From NCBI GenBank assembly GCA_051362555.1, contig CM120641.1, forward strand, positions 37,268,401 through 37,332,400: a stretch of DNA of 64,000 nucleotides, given 5' to 3'. Numbering within the stretch: position 1 is the stretch's first letter; each line of letters starts with the position of its first letter. Origin of the DNA: Lingula anatina. Lineage: Eukaryota; Animalia; Brachiopoda. Made by a program: the position numbers and the translations under genes. Shown piece by piece: positions 39,972 to 52,268 of this stretch. The notes beneath the pieces were generated by a model. That model was given only the letters and a program-made list of their open reading frames with translations, ran no database searches and had not been told where the DNA came from.

Positions 39972-40198
39972 GCTGAGCTAAGTTTGGCCTCGATTTCATT
40001 ATTTCTTTACTCTTCAAACTTATGCAGTGCCAAATGAAATTAATCAAATGTGATATAAAAACAAACAAAGAACCATAGACTACGTAATATTTTTAAACAT
40101 CTCTGAAATGTTTAAAACTCTAAAATGCACAACTAATGTTCAGAGGTCAGTTGAATTAGGTCAAGGTGACGGCCTCTTTAACCGCCATCTTTTACCAG
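39972..40198. promoter_or_regulatory. Bidirectional TAF5/RPL41 promoter with TCT (5'TOP) initiator and YY1 site
   Basis: cctcttt at 40173-40179 fits the ribosomal-protein TCT motif. It is followed by ccgccatctt (YY1 consensus) at 40182-40191 and a donor cag|gtgagg at 40198. AGGTCAAGGTGA is at 40158, and the TAF5 ATG is about 200 bp away on the opposite strand. Confidence 0.7.
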
Positions 40199-40331
40199 GT
40201 GAGGTCCGTACCAGAGACTGGGCATAAAAATCTGTCAAAATCTACCTATGTTGGTTCGCATCTCTTCTTGAAGTTACATCGATGACTTAATTCACTCTTT
40301 ATTTGTCATTTACAGATCCGTCTGATACAAG

Positions 40332-41783
40332 ATGAGGGCCAAGGTAAGTAAAAATTGAATCGGTCTACTGAGTTAAACGTGTGTGGGTATTGGCCGTATT
40401 CTTAAAATGATTTGTCAGGCAATAGAAGTGCTTTTAAGTGACAACCTCCAGATTGTTTAGTTTTGTCGTAAAACATATGGTTTAATAGTGACTTAAACTT
40501 GTAGCCTATATGATTACCTTTCTGATCAAATGTTGTTTGAAGAATGTTGTACTTATTTAATTGAATTCGCCCTTTTTGTCAAGTAGAACATTTGTAGTTA
40601 GTAACGATGCGAAATGTAATTACTGGATTATTTTCATTCATTTGATTTTATCTGACGTGAATTTGAAAGCATTTGGTCAGTATTTCTGTTATAATGTTTT
40701 CTGTCACTTGCCCTTTATAAAAGATATGGCACTATCAGAAGCAGAGCAATGCGCCATTCATGGGGTCCTACTAATTACTGGAATCAATTGATTGACGGGA
40801 ATCAACAAGAATCAAGTACAGAATAAGTTTAACTGAATTTTTTTACATTATACATTGAATTCTGTCAGAATATGGAAAGTTCTTTGAAAATTGCTACTGC
40901 CAAAAGGGCGATAAAAGTTAACCACCAGGGCATGCTTACAAGAAATTGGTTGCTGCCTTACTTTGAGAGACCACTGATTCCAACTACTGAAGTAGTACAA
41001 AATATTTTCTGTAGTATGGCAAGCATAACATGAATCCAGAAGACATAAAATTGTGAAATAAGCTTATGGAAGTAACATGCACATTTTATTGTTGATTCCA
41101 ATAAGTTAAGACTTGATTCCAGTAATTAGAAGGACTGCTGTTTATACACCTTCAGCTTCAAGAGTGATTTATTTCTGTTTACAGTGGAGGAAAAAGCGCA
41201 TGAGAAGGCTCAAAAGAAAGAGAAGGAAGATGAGAGCCAGGTATGAGCATTATTTATACCTTATTGATTACTAATTATATAGCAGCACATAACCTTAATG
41301 TGCTGACTAGTTTGTCTTTCAAGGGGAGAGAAACTCAGACATGGGGGGAAAACTTTGGAGGTATTGAAGGTTTGGAGGATCTGCACTACAAGAAATCTGC
41401 AGATCCAATTCTGTGCTGGTCCAAACAAAGTATTTTATATCCATCGGCCCATGTTAACATGTGATTTAATATGTATTGTATTTGTACATTAACCTTGCCA
41501 GTCCAAAGGACCTGTGGTGTCAAAATTCCTGCAGGTCCTCTGGGATTTCTAGCGGCCATGACTATCCAGATGTACATTTTCCCTATGACTGGAAATTTTT
41601 CATTTAAAGAGAAAACTTGTATTGAAGATATTTTTAGTTGATTGTAGTTTAGATTTTAAGCAGGCATACAAAAAGGACAATTAATGAATTACTTGCATTA
41701 AAACCTAATGATGTGTTTCATAATTGACGTATTTACAGCAATCATTTCATCATGCTGCACTTTTCATTTGCAGATCTAAGTAG
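40332..41783 (+). CDS. RPL41: Ribosomal protein L41 (eL41/eS32), 25 aa
   Basis: Exons 40332-40343 (MRAK), 41185-41240 and 41774-41783 give [25 protein letters not shown]. 5'UTR exon about 40174-40198; AATAAA near 42119. Confidence 0.96.
40765..41135. mobile_element. Degenerate TIR MITE in an RPL41 intron
   Basis: gtcctactaattactggaatcaa (40765) vs ttgattccagtaattagaaggac (ends 41135): 22/23 inverted match. Confidence 0.6.
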
Positions 41784-42940
41784 ATTGGCCTTTCTGCTTT
41801 TGAAGAATAACAACCAGAAGTTATTGGACAGAGTGGATCCTATCCAGATTGTGGTCCTTTGAGATGAGCAGCAGTTAAACTGACTCAGTGCATGAATTCT
41901 TATTCAGGCAGATAGTACCAAATATGCAAACTGCATAGGGGTATATATTGAAAAGCTTCAAGTTGAGAAGCTGCAAACGAAATGGAAAATTTCCTGAACT
42001 GGGACCAAGTGAACTAGCAAACTAAGATCGTGTCACTTTGATGGCCAAGTTGTCAGTAAATGGAACTTCTGGATGTTGTTTTTCTCTTATTTGTGTACAG
42101 ATGTGTTTGCAGTAATGCAATAAAAACACACTTTACTTACGAATTGATGATATGTTTTTTTTTTTTTTATTTTCTTGGTATATTTTTTGAAGAAAAAATG
42201 TCCCGTGCCTTGTTGGGCTATATTTATGGCAAGGAAAATGTCTGTTGGACTGCAGAAATTGTCAAATTGAAAATTAAAAAATTTTTCTGTTAAACTTTTT
42301 TCAAGTTTTACCTGACTTACCGATTTGACTATCGTGATCGTTTTAATTTGATTTTTTTGTGGGATACTGTTATTGGGCGGTAAAGTACAACTTTCCCCAT
42401 ATAAAAGATTTCAAAACTAGAGTTTTGTTGAATTGACCACGTTTTGACAATGATACATTACATTTTTCATACCAAGAAGCGTGAATGTAATTATTCAGTT
42501 TATGACCGCTTGGTTGTGAGGAGGCTGGTCAATTTTTATTGCACAAATGTTTATGATGACATTTGAGAGACTGCCACTATGCAACTGTTTTCAAATGCCT
42601 TACTAGGATTATTCGATTAAATAACATTGAGAGCGCATTTTTTTTCAAATTTGTCTTTGAACAGCTTATCGTCCCTTGTGTCGAGTGGTATGAAAAGTTA
42701 AATCGTGTGATGCCAGCTAATCGCGTGGAATTTTACAAATGTTTTAGTTGAGCTTGAAAGCTGAGATTTTCACCCATTTCTTGAGAAGATTGTGTTGGTT
42801 GAGACAGAACGCGCTACGTAAAACATTGTATTTTATTTCCTCATCTCACGTCTACAGAGTAATATCAATTGAAGCAAAATCTTTTCCACTATGGAAACAC
42901 TGCAGCAAATGTCAAAGATGCAAATAAAAACCCTTAAGTT

Positions 42941-45900
42941 TTAGTTAGGCACGTAGTGGGGCCATTTGGTGATAAGCTCATACAACGTATCTCCCGGGCA
43001 AGCTGTCGCTTTCATGTCTCTGTGGCCCTTTAGAATGTAATTGCTCTCCAATTCGCCTTTAGCAACGCTGCAACTGATCAACTGCTTGGCTGCGTTCAGG
43101 GCTTTGTCGTTTGGAAGTCTATCCATAAAGTTTCCCATAAAGCTTATTGCTGTAAGAAAATATTTTAAGTCGATTGGCATAGCTTATCACAGGTCACTCT
43201 CACGTCACATGTAAGATTAAGTGTTTGCTTGATGTAAATCTAAATATATATTGTTGTTTACAAATAATAATAATTATCAATGAATAAAAATTTAAAAAAA
43301 TAAATAAAACAATCGAAATTATGTTATATAAAACATTTTAGTCAAATCGAAGTAAAGAAAAACACGAGAGAGAATATCATAAAAAAAATTGAATTTACGG
43401 ATTTAGGTTTGCATCTTAAAATATTCGACGTCATCTTGGATTATAATGTTGAAACTTTCTTGTTACTGAAAAATAATAAAATCAACAAAACGAGAGATCT
43501 TTTGTTGACCAACTTTTTGCGTTGTTGCATTTTAAAATGGTCTCTTCTATTCACCATAGCCACCGAAGACAACTATCTCACGCCCCTTTTCCTGAAAGAT
43601 AAAAGAAAACAAACGTGGCCTTACCAAGTCCAACGCTGTTGTACCCGTAAGTGTGCGCTCCCACTTTATTCCACCCCCGTCCTTCGTACACGTTCCCGTC
43701 TTCTCCAACTAAGAAACTGTAACCAATGTCGCTCCATTCTAGAAATATATGTTTTGTTCATCAATTTCTCTGTAACATTATCAAATTATTCCATCGTGGG
43801 TTTTACTAATGGTACATGTAACTGTCAGAAAATCTAAACAATGCCTAATCCATTGCCATTTTGTTTTTGCCATAAAAATGAGGCATGTTGGTTATTTAAG
43901 CATATTAATTTCATAAGTTTCACCAAGGAAAAGCCTCTATCGATGGCATGCTTCTGATCTAGCAAAGTATTAAATCTATTATTATTTTTACCTCCGCCAA
44001 GGAGGTTATGTTTCCACCCCTGTTTGTTTGTCATTAACATAACTCAAAAAGTTATGGATGAATTTCGGTGGAATTTTCAGGGTAGGTCAGAAATGGGTTA
44101 ACTTAGAAGTGATTAGTTTTTGGTGGTGATCTGATTTCATTATGATTTGAAGAAACGAAATAAAATGCTTTAAAGAGGAGTATTGTTGCTGAGAAGTATT
44201 ATTGTCTCCGCAAACAAATAAAGAAGTTCGAGATAGTATGATAGGGGGAACTGAGCTGCCTTGGCGGAGGCCTGCGCTCTCTGAGTGCTTTTCTAGTTTA
44301 TGCTATGAAATGAGGTTTATCATTCTAGCATATAATAATAAATGCCCCATTGCTGACGTACGTCTTGGCGCTGTCATGTGCAAATCCTGTATGGATCTCA
44401 TCTCAGCTTTGCACGCCTCTGTCGTGCTACAGAATCTGCCGGCGGTGTGGTGAATGAACATATATTTGGGCGTGGCTGGAAGTGGCACCAATGGGTTGTT
44501 TGAGGGTTTAGCTCCCCACTCTGATCGGCTGATGATTCGTGGACATTCCGATCCTGTAATGATAAAGCGGAGCCTTTTTTATTTTACCTTTTCATTTAAG
44601 TGTAACTCGCAGCTAATCACATTGTTTTCTTTCTTATTTACTCTTTCTCTTTATTGTTAAGTATGAAAGTTCTTTTTGGCAAAACCTATCATTACCGAAA
44701 AAACTTTATCTATGCGGCTTGAAGTCAAGTGGCATCTCAATATTGTTATTCTATTATATCAGTGCACCTGACCCTAATGCATACATTGTGTTGGTTATAT
44801 ATTATCTTATCCCACATGCATTTACAATGTATTGGGGAGATACCATCTCTCGCCTCAAATTACGCTTCATTTCTCAGAAGGTTTTTCAATATTTTCTTTC
44901 AACCCGAAAGTCGGGCCACTAATACATATATATACATGCCTCGGGAAAAGATGGTAGACACATGTAGAGCACAAAGAATGATGATAACAAGTGCGCTGAC
45001 ACCGAGCTACGTGTATACAGTTCAATAATCAATAGTTCAATGCACAACTGAATGCAGCCAGAGTCTTAAAGACTATTCGAAAGTCTCTTCACGCATGAAA
45101 AATTGCTGGAGTAGAAAAAATCACCAACAGTGTTGTACGATTCGCGGTGTCGCTATGGCAATGTGTGTTTCTATTTTCAACTCACCTTTCACCTTATTCC
45201 ACCACTGTCTGCCAGCGGACACTCACGCTCGTACTAGGGCCATCAGTATCACGACTTGCCATAGACCGCTTGATTATAAATTTGGAACAAAATTACTTGT
45301 TGAATTGTGAAGGAACAAAATTTGACAGCACCATACATAGTCTGTCATCTCTAATTTCACTCCTGCGTTTATGCTAGGACCTACGAAACAATGCTGTTCA
45401 GTCGTTTGGTGGCGGGTCCTAGGATAAGGATAGGCTTTAGAGAAGGCCTAATGGTGTACTAATATACACAAAACCTACCCACTGAACTTCCCGAAGAACT
45501 TCCCGAAGAACTTCCCGCTGAACTTCCAGCCGAGCAGCCGGTGCTAGATGTACGCAACCAGTTACTGGCAATCCAACCGTCCTGAAATCAGTTTTATTTG
45601 AAAAAAATTAACGAGAAAAAAATCGTACCTGACATTGCTTCCGTGTTTGTCCCCATAACACTATCTACAGTGCAGTCCCTCTCACCGTTCCGTATACTAT
45701 GCCAGTTATTCAGTTCAACAATGGTATACTACGCTTACTCAGTGGGTCCTAAATAGTTTTGAAGTTGACAAAATTTCCGGGTCGAAGTATGGGTCTGCCG
45801 GATTTTTCACTATAGCTAGGAGATAATATCACTTCCATATGAGTCTTAATTATCAGTTTGGTGTCAGTTGTCATGCAACGAGTGGGTATAGTTATATGTT

Positions 45901-47172
45901 GTCGTATATTATGTGTTCTGATTACAGACCGCGATATGAGTAGCAACAAGTGTGCATTCAGAGGCATAAATTATCGTTGTCATAGATGTGTGTCTTAACA
46001 CACATCAATGACAACGATAATTTATGTCTCTGAAATGTTTTTTGACACCGAAGTAATTCAAAGAATGGTACAGTAAGCGTTAGACCTTTATATCCCAAAA
46101 CTACTTTCTGAAAATTTTATGTCCTTTTCTTAATTACATGTACCACAACTTATGGGTACTACACTATCAATGCCTCGTCGTCAGATAAGCCATTTTTAGC
46201 CATTATAATTAGACTTTCGTTTTTATAGGTTGTAACGGATCTTTTTCGAAGGTTGCGGAAAAGTGGTTGCTGTTGGATAATATCGCGATTTATCATCTAG
46301 AGAATGACTTCGTCTTCCGTGCCAACCTATGAGTAATGGACGGTTATACGAAGAACTTGTTCTTTGGCTGTAATCACAAATAACGCTTTTATCATGCGGC
46401 TTGTTACTCAATACAGATAAGTGGAAATATAGGAGGAAATAACCATCTAATTTATTTTAGCACGTCACAGTTTTTTTGACTCCGAAGTAACCGACTAAAT
46501 CCTCATGTGGAAAAATTCAGTGTTTGCTCAAAATAATGACAATAATTTTTCCATGCACTTACAAATGTATAAATTCACTTGTTTTTTTTTCACTAAATGG
46601 TTATTGTTGGTGTCGTGTGTGCGCTAACAACGCTAAGTGCGACTTAACGCAAATTGGATATGACCCCTTGGTCCCAACGGATCTGCCTTCAAAAAGTTAA
46701 ATCTTGGTAAAAAAATTAGTCGGAAAAAAGGAAGAGAGATAAATTACAAATGATGAAAAAATAAAGTGAAAGAAATTAATTTTAATCAATTTCAATCTGT
46801 AAATTAACATACTCTGATGAAAAATTAAGAAAAAGAAATAATTTTTAATAAATTTCATTTTATAGATTCACATTATCTGATGAAAATGAAAAATCTACCA
46901 AACTTTTCCAAGAAGGTCGAAATTTTGACTAAAAGTTTAAAAAGCCTTACTTGTCCATTGTAATCCACGTTGAACCAAACATGGCTACCAGCATGCTGTG
47001 TTTTTCCTGTAAAAGGAAGACAGGCGTCTGGGGTGAGAAGACCAATCTTGTTTTTTGAGGTCACCCCGGGACTGGAGCGAATGTTCACATATCCAGTACC
47101 ACAAACACACGAAGCAGCCGAGGCCAGGGTTGGACCAGCGATACACAGCGTTAGGATAAGAACCAGATTCAT
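42941..47172 (-). CDS. Secreted peptidoglycan recognition protein: signal peptide, SH3b-like domain, Ser/Gly linker and Zn-amidase (Amidase_2)
   Basis: Exons 47172-46951 ([13 protein letters not shown]...VNIRSSPG...WFNVDYNGQ), 45581-45479 (DGWIASNWL...GSSSGSSSG), 44553-44362 ([12 protein letters not shown]...FIHHTAG), 43738-43625 ([30 protein letters not shown]), 43149-42941 (ISFMGNF...GHRD...TACPG). The His, Tyr, His and Cys catalytic set is intact. Confidence 0.93.
43988..44298 (+). mobile_element. Short Helentron-type non-autonomous element in a PGRP intron
   Basis: 5' ttacctccgccaaggaggttatg, short (tgtt)n tract, 3' subTIR ccttggcggagg (44259-44270), hairpin gcgctc-tct-gagtgc, end ttctagtt. 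Confidence 0.82.
45957..46034. repeat. Near-perfect 78-nt foldback in a PGRP intron
   Basis: ttcagaggcataaattatcgttgtcatagatgtgtgt-ctta-acacacatcaatgacaacgataatttatgtctctgaa: 37-bp arms with 2 mismatches. Confidence 0.9.
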
Positions 47173-47372
47173 ACTGGAAAGAAAAGACCTTGGTTTAATT
47201 ACAACACTGTGATTTCACAGGCACATGTTTAGAAAATGTAAAGAAGGACAAATCATTTCCCGGTATCTTTAATTCTTTACTTTTTTTAAATACCGTTTGC
47301 TATGCTCGTTTATGCAGGTTATATATGATGCTAACTATTGTTATTATCACGGTGCAAGTAAAATATACGTAC

Positions 47373-47439
47373 CTTTTTGTCGAACTTTTTTCCTCACAGG
47401 TGGTGTTTTAAAGCTTCGTGTCTGTTTGCAGTTTATATA
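47373..47439 (-). promoter_or_regulatory. PGRP TATA box and short non-coding exon 1
   Basis: Minus-strand TATATAAA at 47439-47432 and donor aag|gtacgt at 47373. The acceptor lies 1 nt before the ATG (47173). A CRE-like gtgacgta is near 47510. Confidence 0.6.
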
Positions 47440-48429
47440 TACATAGACCCCTACGCCACAGCGCGTGTCCAGTGTCACATTACAGAAACGTCAGTAACCG
47501 CTTCAGACGTGACGTAGCTTTTTCTAAAACGAAAGAGTCCAATAAGAGTAAAGCTGGACGAAAAAGGGTGGGGAGGGTCCGGTAAACATTCTTCTTAATT
47601 GTCAATAGGAGTGTTTATCAAAATAATATCACACAGATTATTTAAAACGTAAATTGAATACTCTAAAGTACTAGAGTCCTTGAATCCAGGAACTCGGACT
47701 CTGCTCTGCGAGAGTAATAAGTAAATAAGGTCACCGTCAAATGCCAGCTGTCAGTTTTCCACCACCCGGATCAACTCTGTGACTGCACCCTGGTGTTGGC
47801 AACCCCTGTATAATCTTTAATCCTGCATATTCAGCACGGTGCATTTAACAGTGCTAAAGCTGGTACAGGAAGAATAGATATTTTATGTCCGGCCGGTGGT
47901 ATGGTGATTATTTAGATTATTCCGTATGTTGACTTGCAATGATTGTAGATTGGCTGGTACCTTTTAAAACCTGTTTGACAAATGTGCAAATATCGCAATT
48001 TTTATCTCGTTGACAAAAATATCGATTGTAGATTGTTGGGTAGATATTATCCTTTAATAGTACGCCGGAGACGTAGACCGTAACCCGTGGATATCCCAAA
48101 ATCCAGGATGCGGCGCTTTCGCAGTTTGCGGTTTTCTTGGATATCTGTAGGCTTACCACATTTCCTTTGATCTGGGATGGTAGTGTAAAGCACCACATGT
48201 ATGACACAGCTGCCTGAATCCCAGGCACCCAGGCACCCGAAAAACGGTCATAAAATTAGGCCAGTTGAAATATATATATATATATATATAAATGACTAAC
48301 GAAAAGAAATTTATCGAAATTTTCCACACTCATGAAATAGGAGTAACTGTGCCTGGTAGGTTAAATAGCGAGATAAAGTGTTAGTGTCCAGTATACTATC
48401 TTGTTGGTTACGCCACAAACGTGTTTGGA

Positions 48430-48432
<3 letters not shown>

Positions 48433-48490
<58 letters not shown>
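48433..48490. repeat. (AT)n microsatellite
   Basis: About 29 AT units; a shorter (AT)n lies at about 48270-48290. Confidence 0.95.
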
Positions 48491-48494
<4 letters not shown>

Positions 48495-49609
48495 CAGAGA
48501 AAGTTTTAAAAATTCCAATGTAGTATTTATATCTAAAAGTAAGACCTCTATGAAACTTCTCTTCTCTTTAATACCAAAGGCTGCTGTACAAATTCACCTT
48601 TTGCTACTAGATAAAGTGTTATCTGTTACAAAACGCACGATTTAACCAACGCCTTCGGCATCGCAAACAAAAATGCCATATGTATTTATCTGCCAGAAGA
48701 CAAATTAACAACTTTTGCTAAAAGTGGTTTGTTAGCAAACCACAAAGAGCTAGATACTGTAGGTCTTCTCTTCTTTGGCTACAGAAAAAATGCATTCTTC
48801 AAGGCTAGAAGAAATACCTTGAATATAAAATCAAGATTGTATTTTAGTCCGTTACCTATTGATTAAATGTACCACGAAATAATGTTTATAGCAACTTATT
48901 TAAATCCTGTATATTTTAGCTCTCTGTTGCTCACGATTTAAATACATCTGTATGACCCAGATTTGAATTTTGCAGAATTTCGACAGTCCAGGATTCGTCA
49001 TGCCTACAGACCTGCAACTTCATGTGCGAAACAATTCTTGACTGACAAAGTACATTGTAATTTATCGTAATACTATATTATGCAATATTTCTCGAAAAAT
49101 GATTGGCTAAAAATCGCCAATAACTAAGATGGGGCGGGGGTAAATTGATGGGTTTTCAATACACCGTTATTGCAAAGAGACAGGTCTAACGTACGGAAAC
49201 AGTACACCGCTCTGTACCGTGATGAATGACCCGAGACACTATGTTGAACTAAACTGAGGTCAACAGATAAACCTGTTGGTGAAACTGTTCAATTTTGTGT
49301 GATAACCTGATTCCAATCGGTGTATAACATGCACTGAAATAGCACGGACGGTTTCTCAAGGCAAGTCATGAATGTTTTTTAGCAATTAAAATTGACTCCA
49401 ATTCAGATTATTTTATCATCGTGTATTTAATATGCAGGAATTAACATTCAATTATTAAAACATCGACCATGATACTTATATTAACATTGCAATAGAAAAA
49501 CCAAAAACTTTAACCATTATAATATTATAGTATATGTTTAAAAATCCAAATACGGTTTCTGCATACATTTGTACGACAGTGTGTGAGCAGTGAATGCAAC
49601 TAAACAAAG

Positions 49610-52268
49610 ATGGAGGATTCGCCAATAGATAAAAAGACCGCCATAGTACCTGAACCCGATTCCGACAAGAGAGAGGCAATATCGACAGAAGAAGATTGTG
49701 CAGTTAATACTTATCGCATTACAAAGCAGGTCTTCATAGTAATGATATGGTTTACAATGGTAAGCATAAACCTTAAGTTTTCATATTTAACGTTAAAAAA
49801 TAGGGTGCGTTTAAATGATTAACGTGATGTAGGTTTGGTTTACTGTTTGTATGCAACTGGGCGGTTTGGAGTTGTTAAACCCAAATGTCCATTTTTTATT
49901 ACATAATCTTCATTCAAATTTTTATGTACAATATCTCGAACATTCATTTGACATGTTCTGTGGTAGAAAACTGAGTATTTCATAGACTATTAATCTCATG
50001 AATCCAATAAAGGCATCCTGTTTGGAGCTACCTGGTCCAACTTTGAAAGATTTGATGAAGAAAGTCGATAGTAGCTATGAAGAAATTTCACGTGCCTTGA
50101 TAGCACGTAGTGTTGGTTTTTTCATCAGCTCCTTTGTGGGAGGATTTCTGTGTGATCGATTTCCAAAGCATGTTGACATATTTATAAGGTCAGTATAAGT
50201 TTGTCCCATTTTGATATGCCTGTATCAGTAAACTGTTTGTCAAAACTGGATCAGAATGACCACCATTAACAGTACAGGTGTAAAATGTATCTGCACGTGT
50301 TCATCCAAAGCTTAAATCTTATTCGAAAAGACTAATCGTTTGTGATATAGGAATCGCCCGAGATAGCCCAAAGTCTCGCCATTCAGCCTAAAGTGAAGCA
50401 AAATTTTGCCGGACACGGATCAGAAATAGTAGCAGACTAGCGAGTACGGTGCGCCAACGAATAAAAGCCAACAAAATATATCCATATTTTTGTGGTTATA
50501 TCCTGTCTTATATTACTGTCTACTGCAAAGTCGCAATTTAGGCTATCTCGCATGATTTTTCATTTCGAAGCGTTGTTCACACATATTTTATCTTCATGCG
50601 CTTATGTTCTAAATATCAGTTATTCAAACATAGTTTTACCTTCATACGCTTACGTTCTAAATATATTGAAAACAAATTCGAATTTAAGATCTTCCTCTTA
50701 TCAAATCTATTCAAGGGAATCTTTATATTGAAATAAAATTATAGAACCATAAATATTAATTGAATTCACTTCCTTTTTAGTGTGGCAATGTTCGTAAATG
50801 CCGTCACTACTGTTTCCATTCCTTGGTGCCACGAACTTATTCCTCTTGCCATTTTGATGCATTTTCAAGGGCTGTCAGAAGGAGTTTTGAATACAGGCAA
50901 GCTGTTATTATTGAAGAAATAAATTCTTTCCTTTAGCATGTTCGGTGTTAGAGCTATGAAAAAATATACACCAACTCGCTCTTATAATGTGAAACCTGAG
51001 TACCTATTATTTCAACTTAAATATTGAACTATGAATATTGGTGGAAACAAGTTGTAAACATTTTTGTACCTGAATGCAAAAGAAAAAACAATGTCAAGAA
51101 TCCAAGTAAAAATAGTCTAACGCATCGAAAAAGATGTGTTCCCAGTTGTGTCACTTTTTTTTCAGAAAATGAAGAAAAAAGGTTGCTAGAAGTGATTTAT
51201 TTTATGTTTTGTGCTTAATTTGTTTTAGGCGGAATGACAACTTGCCTCAGTTTATGGGGAGAAACAGTATCGGCACCAATGCACTCTACACATTTTGGAT
51301 GGGGAATAGGCGGCCTGTTTTCCACACAAATAGCTCGACCATTTTTGTCGCCTGACGTTTTCCTTCCAGAAGATGTAAAAAGCAATGAAACTGTTATATT
51401 TCAGGCCACTACTTCATCTTTATCTGCAAATATTACTTTGGATGCAACAAACTTGTCCCGAATTGAGTATGCATATGCTATATCAGCAACTCTCGCATTA
51501 TTAATGTCTATTGTCTTTTTGTTGTTTTATATTCTTCCACCTCCGCGTGGATTTCAATTGGCCACTATTCCAAAAAAGAATGACATTAAAGCTATTTTTC
51601 ATCCGGCATCTTGTGCTCAAGATAATACAATGTTTGGATTGATCATGTTTCCACTATTACTTTGGTTCTATATGCACATTACGGGGGGTGAACGTGCTGT
51701 TGCCAAATTTTTGTTTTCTTTTGCCAAAGACAGCGAGTTGCTTTTTAATAACGACCAAGCCACATTGGCATTATCTTTGCACTGGATTTTCTACACCATA
51801 GGTCGAGGGCTAGCCATCGTTGTTGCCAAATTCGTACCCCCAAGATATATGTTAATAGGAGAAATATCAATGAACATTATCAGCGGTTCAGTTCTGTCTG
51901 CCCTCGGTTACAAAAACGAAATAGTATTTTGGATTTTCAATGCATTGTTGGGACTTTTCTTGGCGCCAGTTTTCCCGTCAGGTGTTTCATGGGCGAACCG
52001 CTACCTGGACATGTCTGGCATTGCTGTTGCGATTGTGCTACTAGGGGCCTCTGGTGGAGGATTTGTATACCAGTGGATCACAGGCGCCCTTTTCGATGCC
52101 ATCGGCCCCAATGCGTTGATGTATGTTATGACTGGAGATGGCCTTCTTTTGGCTCAATCTTATGTAACATTGCAAATAATAGCATCGAGACAGGGCGACC
52201 GCTTTACCAAAGATTCTGACGCCAAAGAGAAACATGTTGTAGGAGGCGTCAAAGAGACATCAGTTTGA
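49610..52268 (+). CDS. Major facilitator superfamily transporter, MFSD4/NaGLT1-like
   Basis: Exons 49610-49759, 50013-50188 (LPGPTLKDL...GGFLCDRF; in-frame alternative acceptor at 49986), 50781-50896 (IPWC...GVLNT), 51229-52268 (LWG...PMHSTHFGWGIG, GGE...KFLFSF, GRGLAI, LAPVFPS). Many TM helices. Confidence 0.87.

Noticed and set aside
34844-39976. Lys-rich and HT/CV/ER-repeat ORF segments in TAF5
   Set aside because: Read-through into intronic poly-T and dinucleotide microsatellites.
45369-45428. ctaggacc...ggtcctag inverted repeat next to a PGRP exon
   Set aside because: Short arms; cannot be assigned to an RNA or element family.
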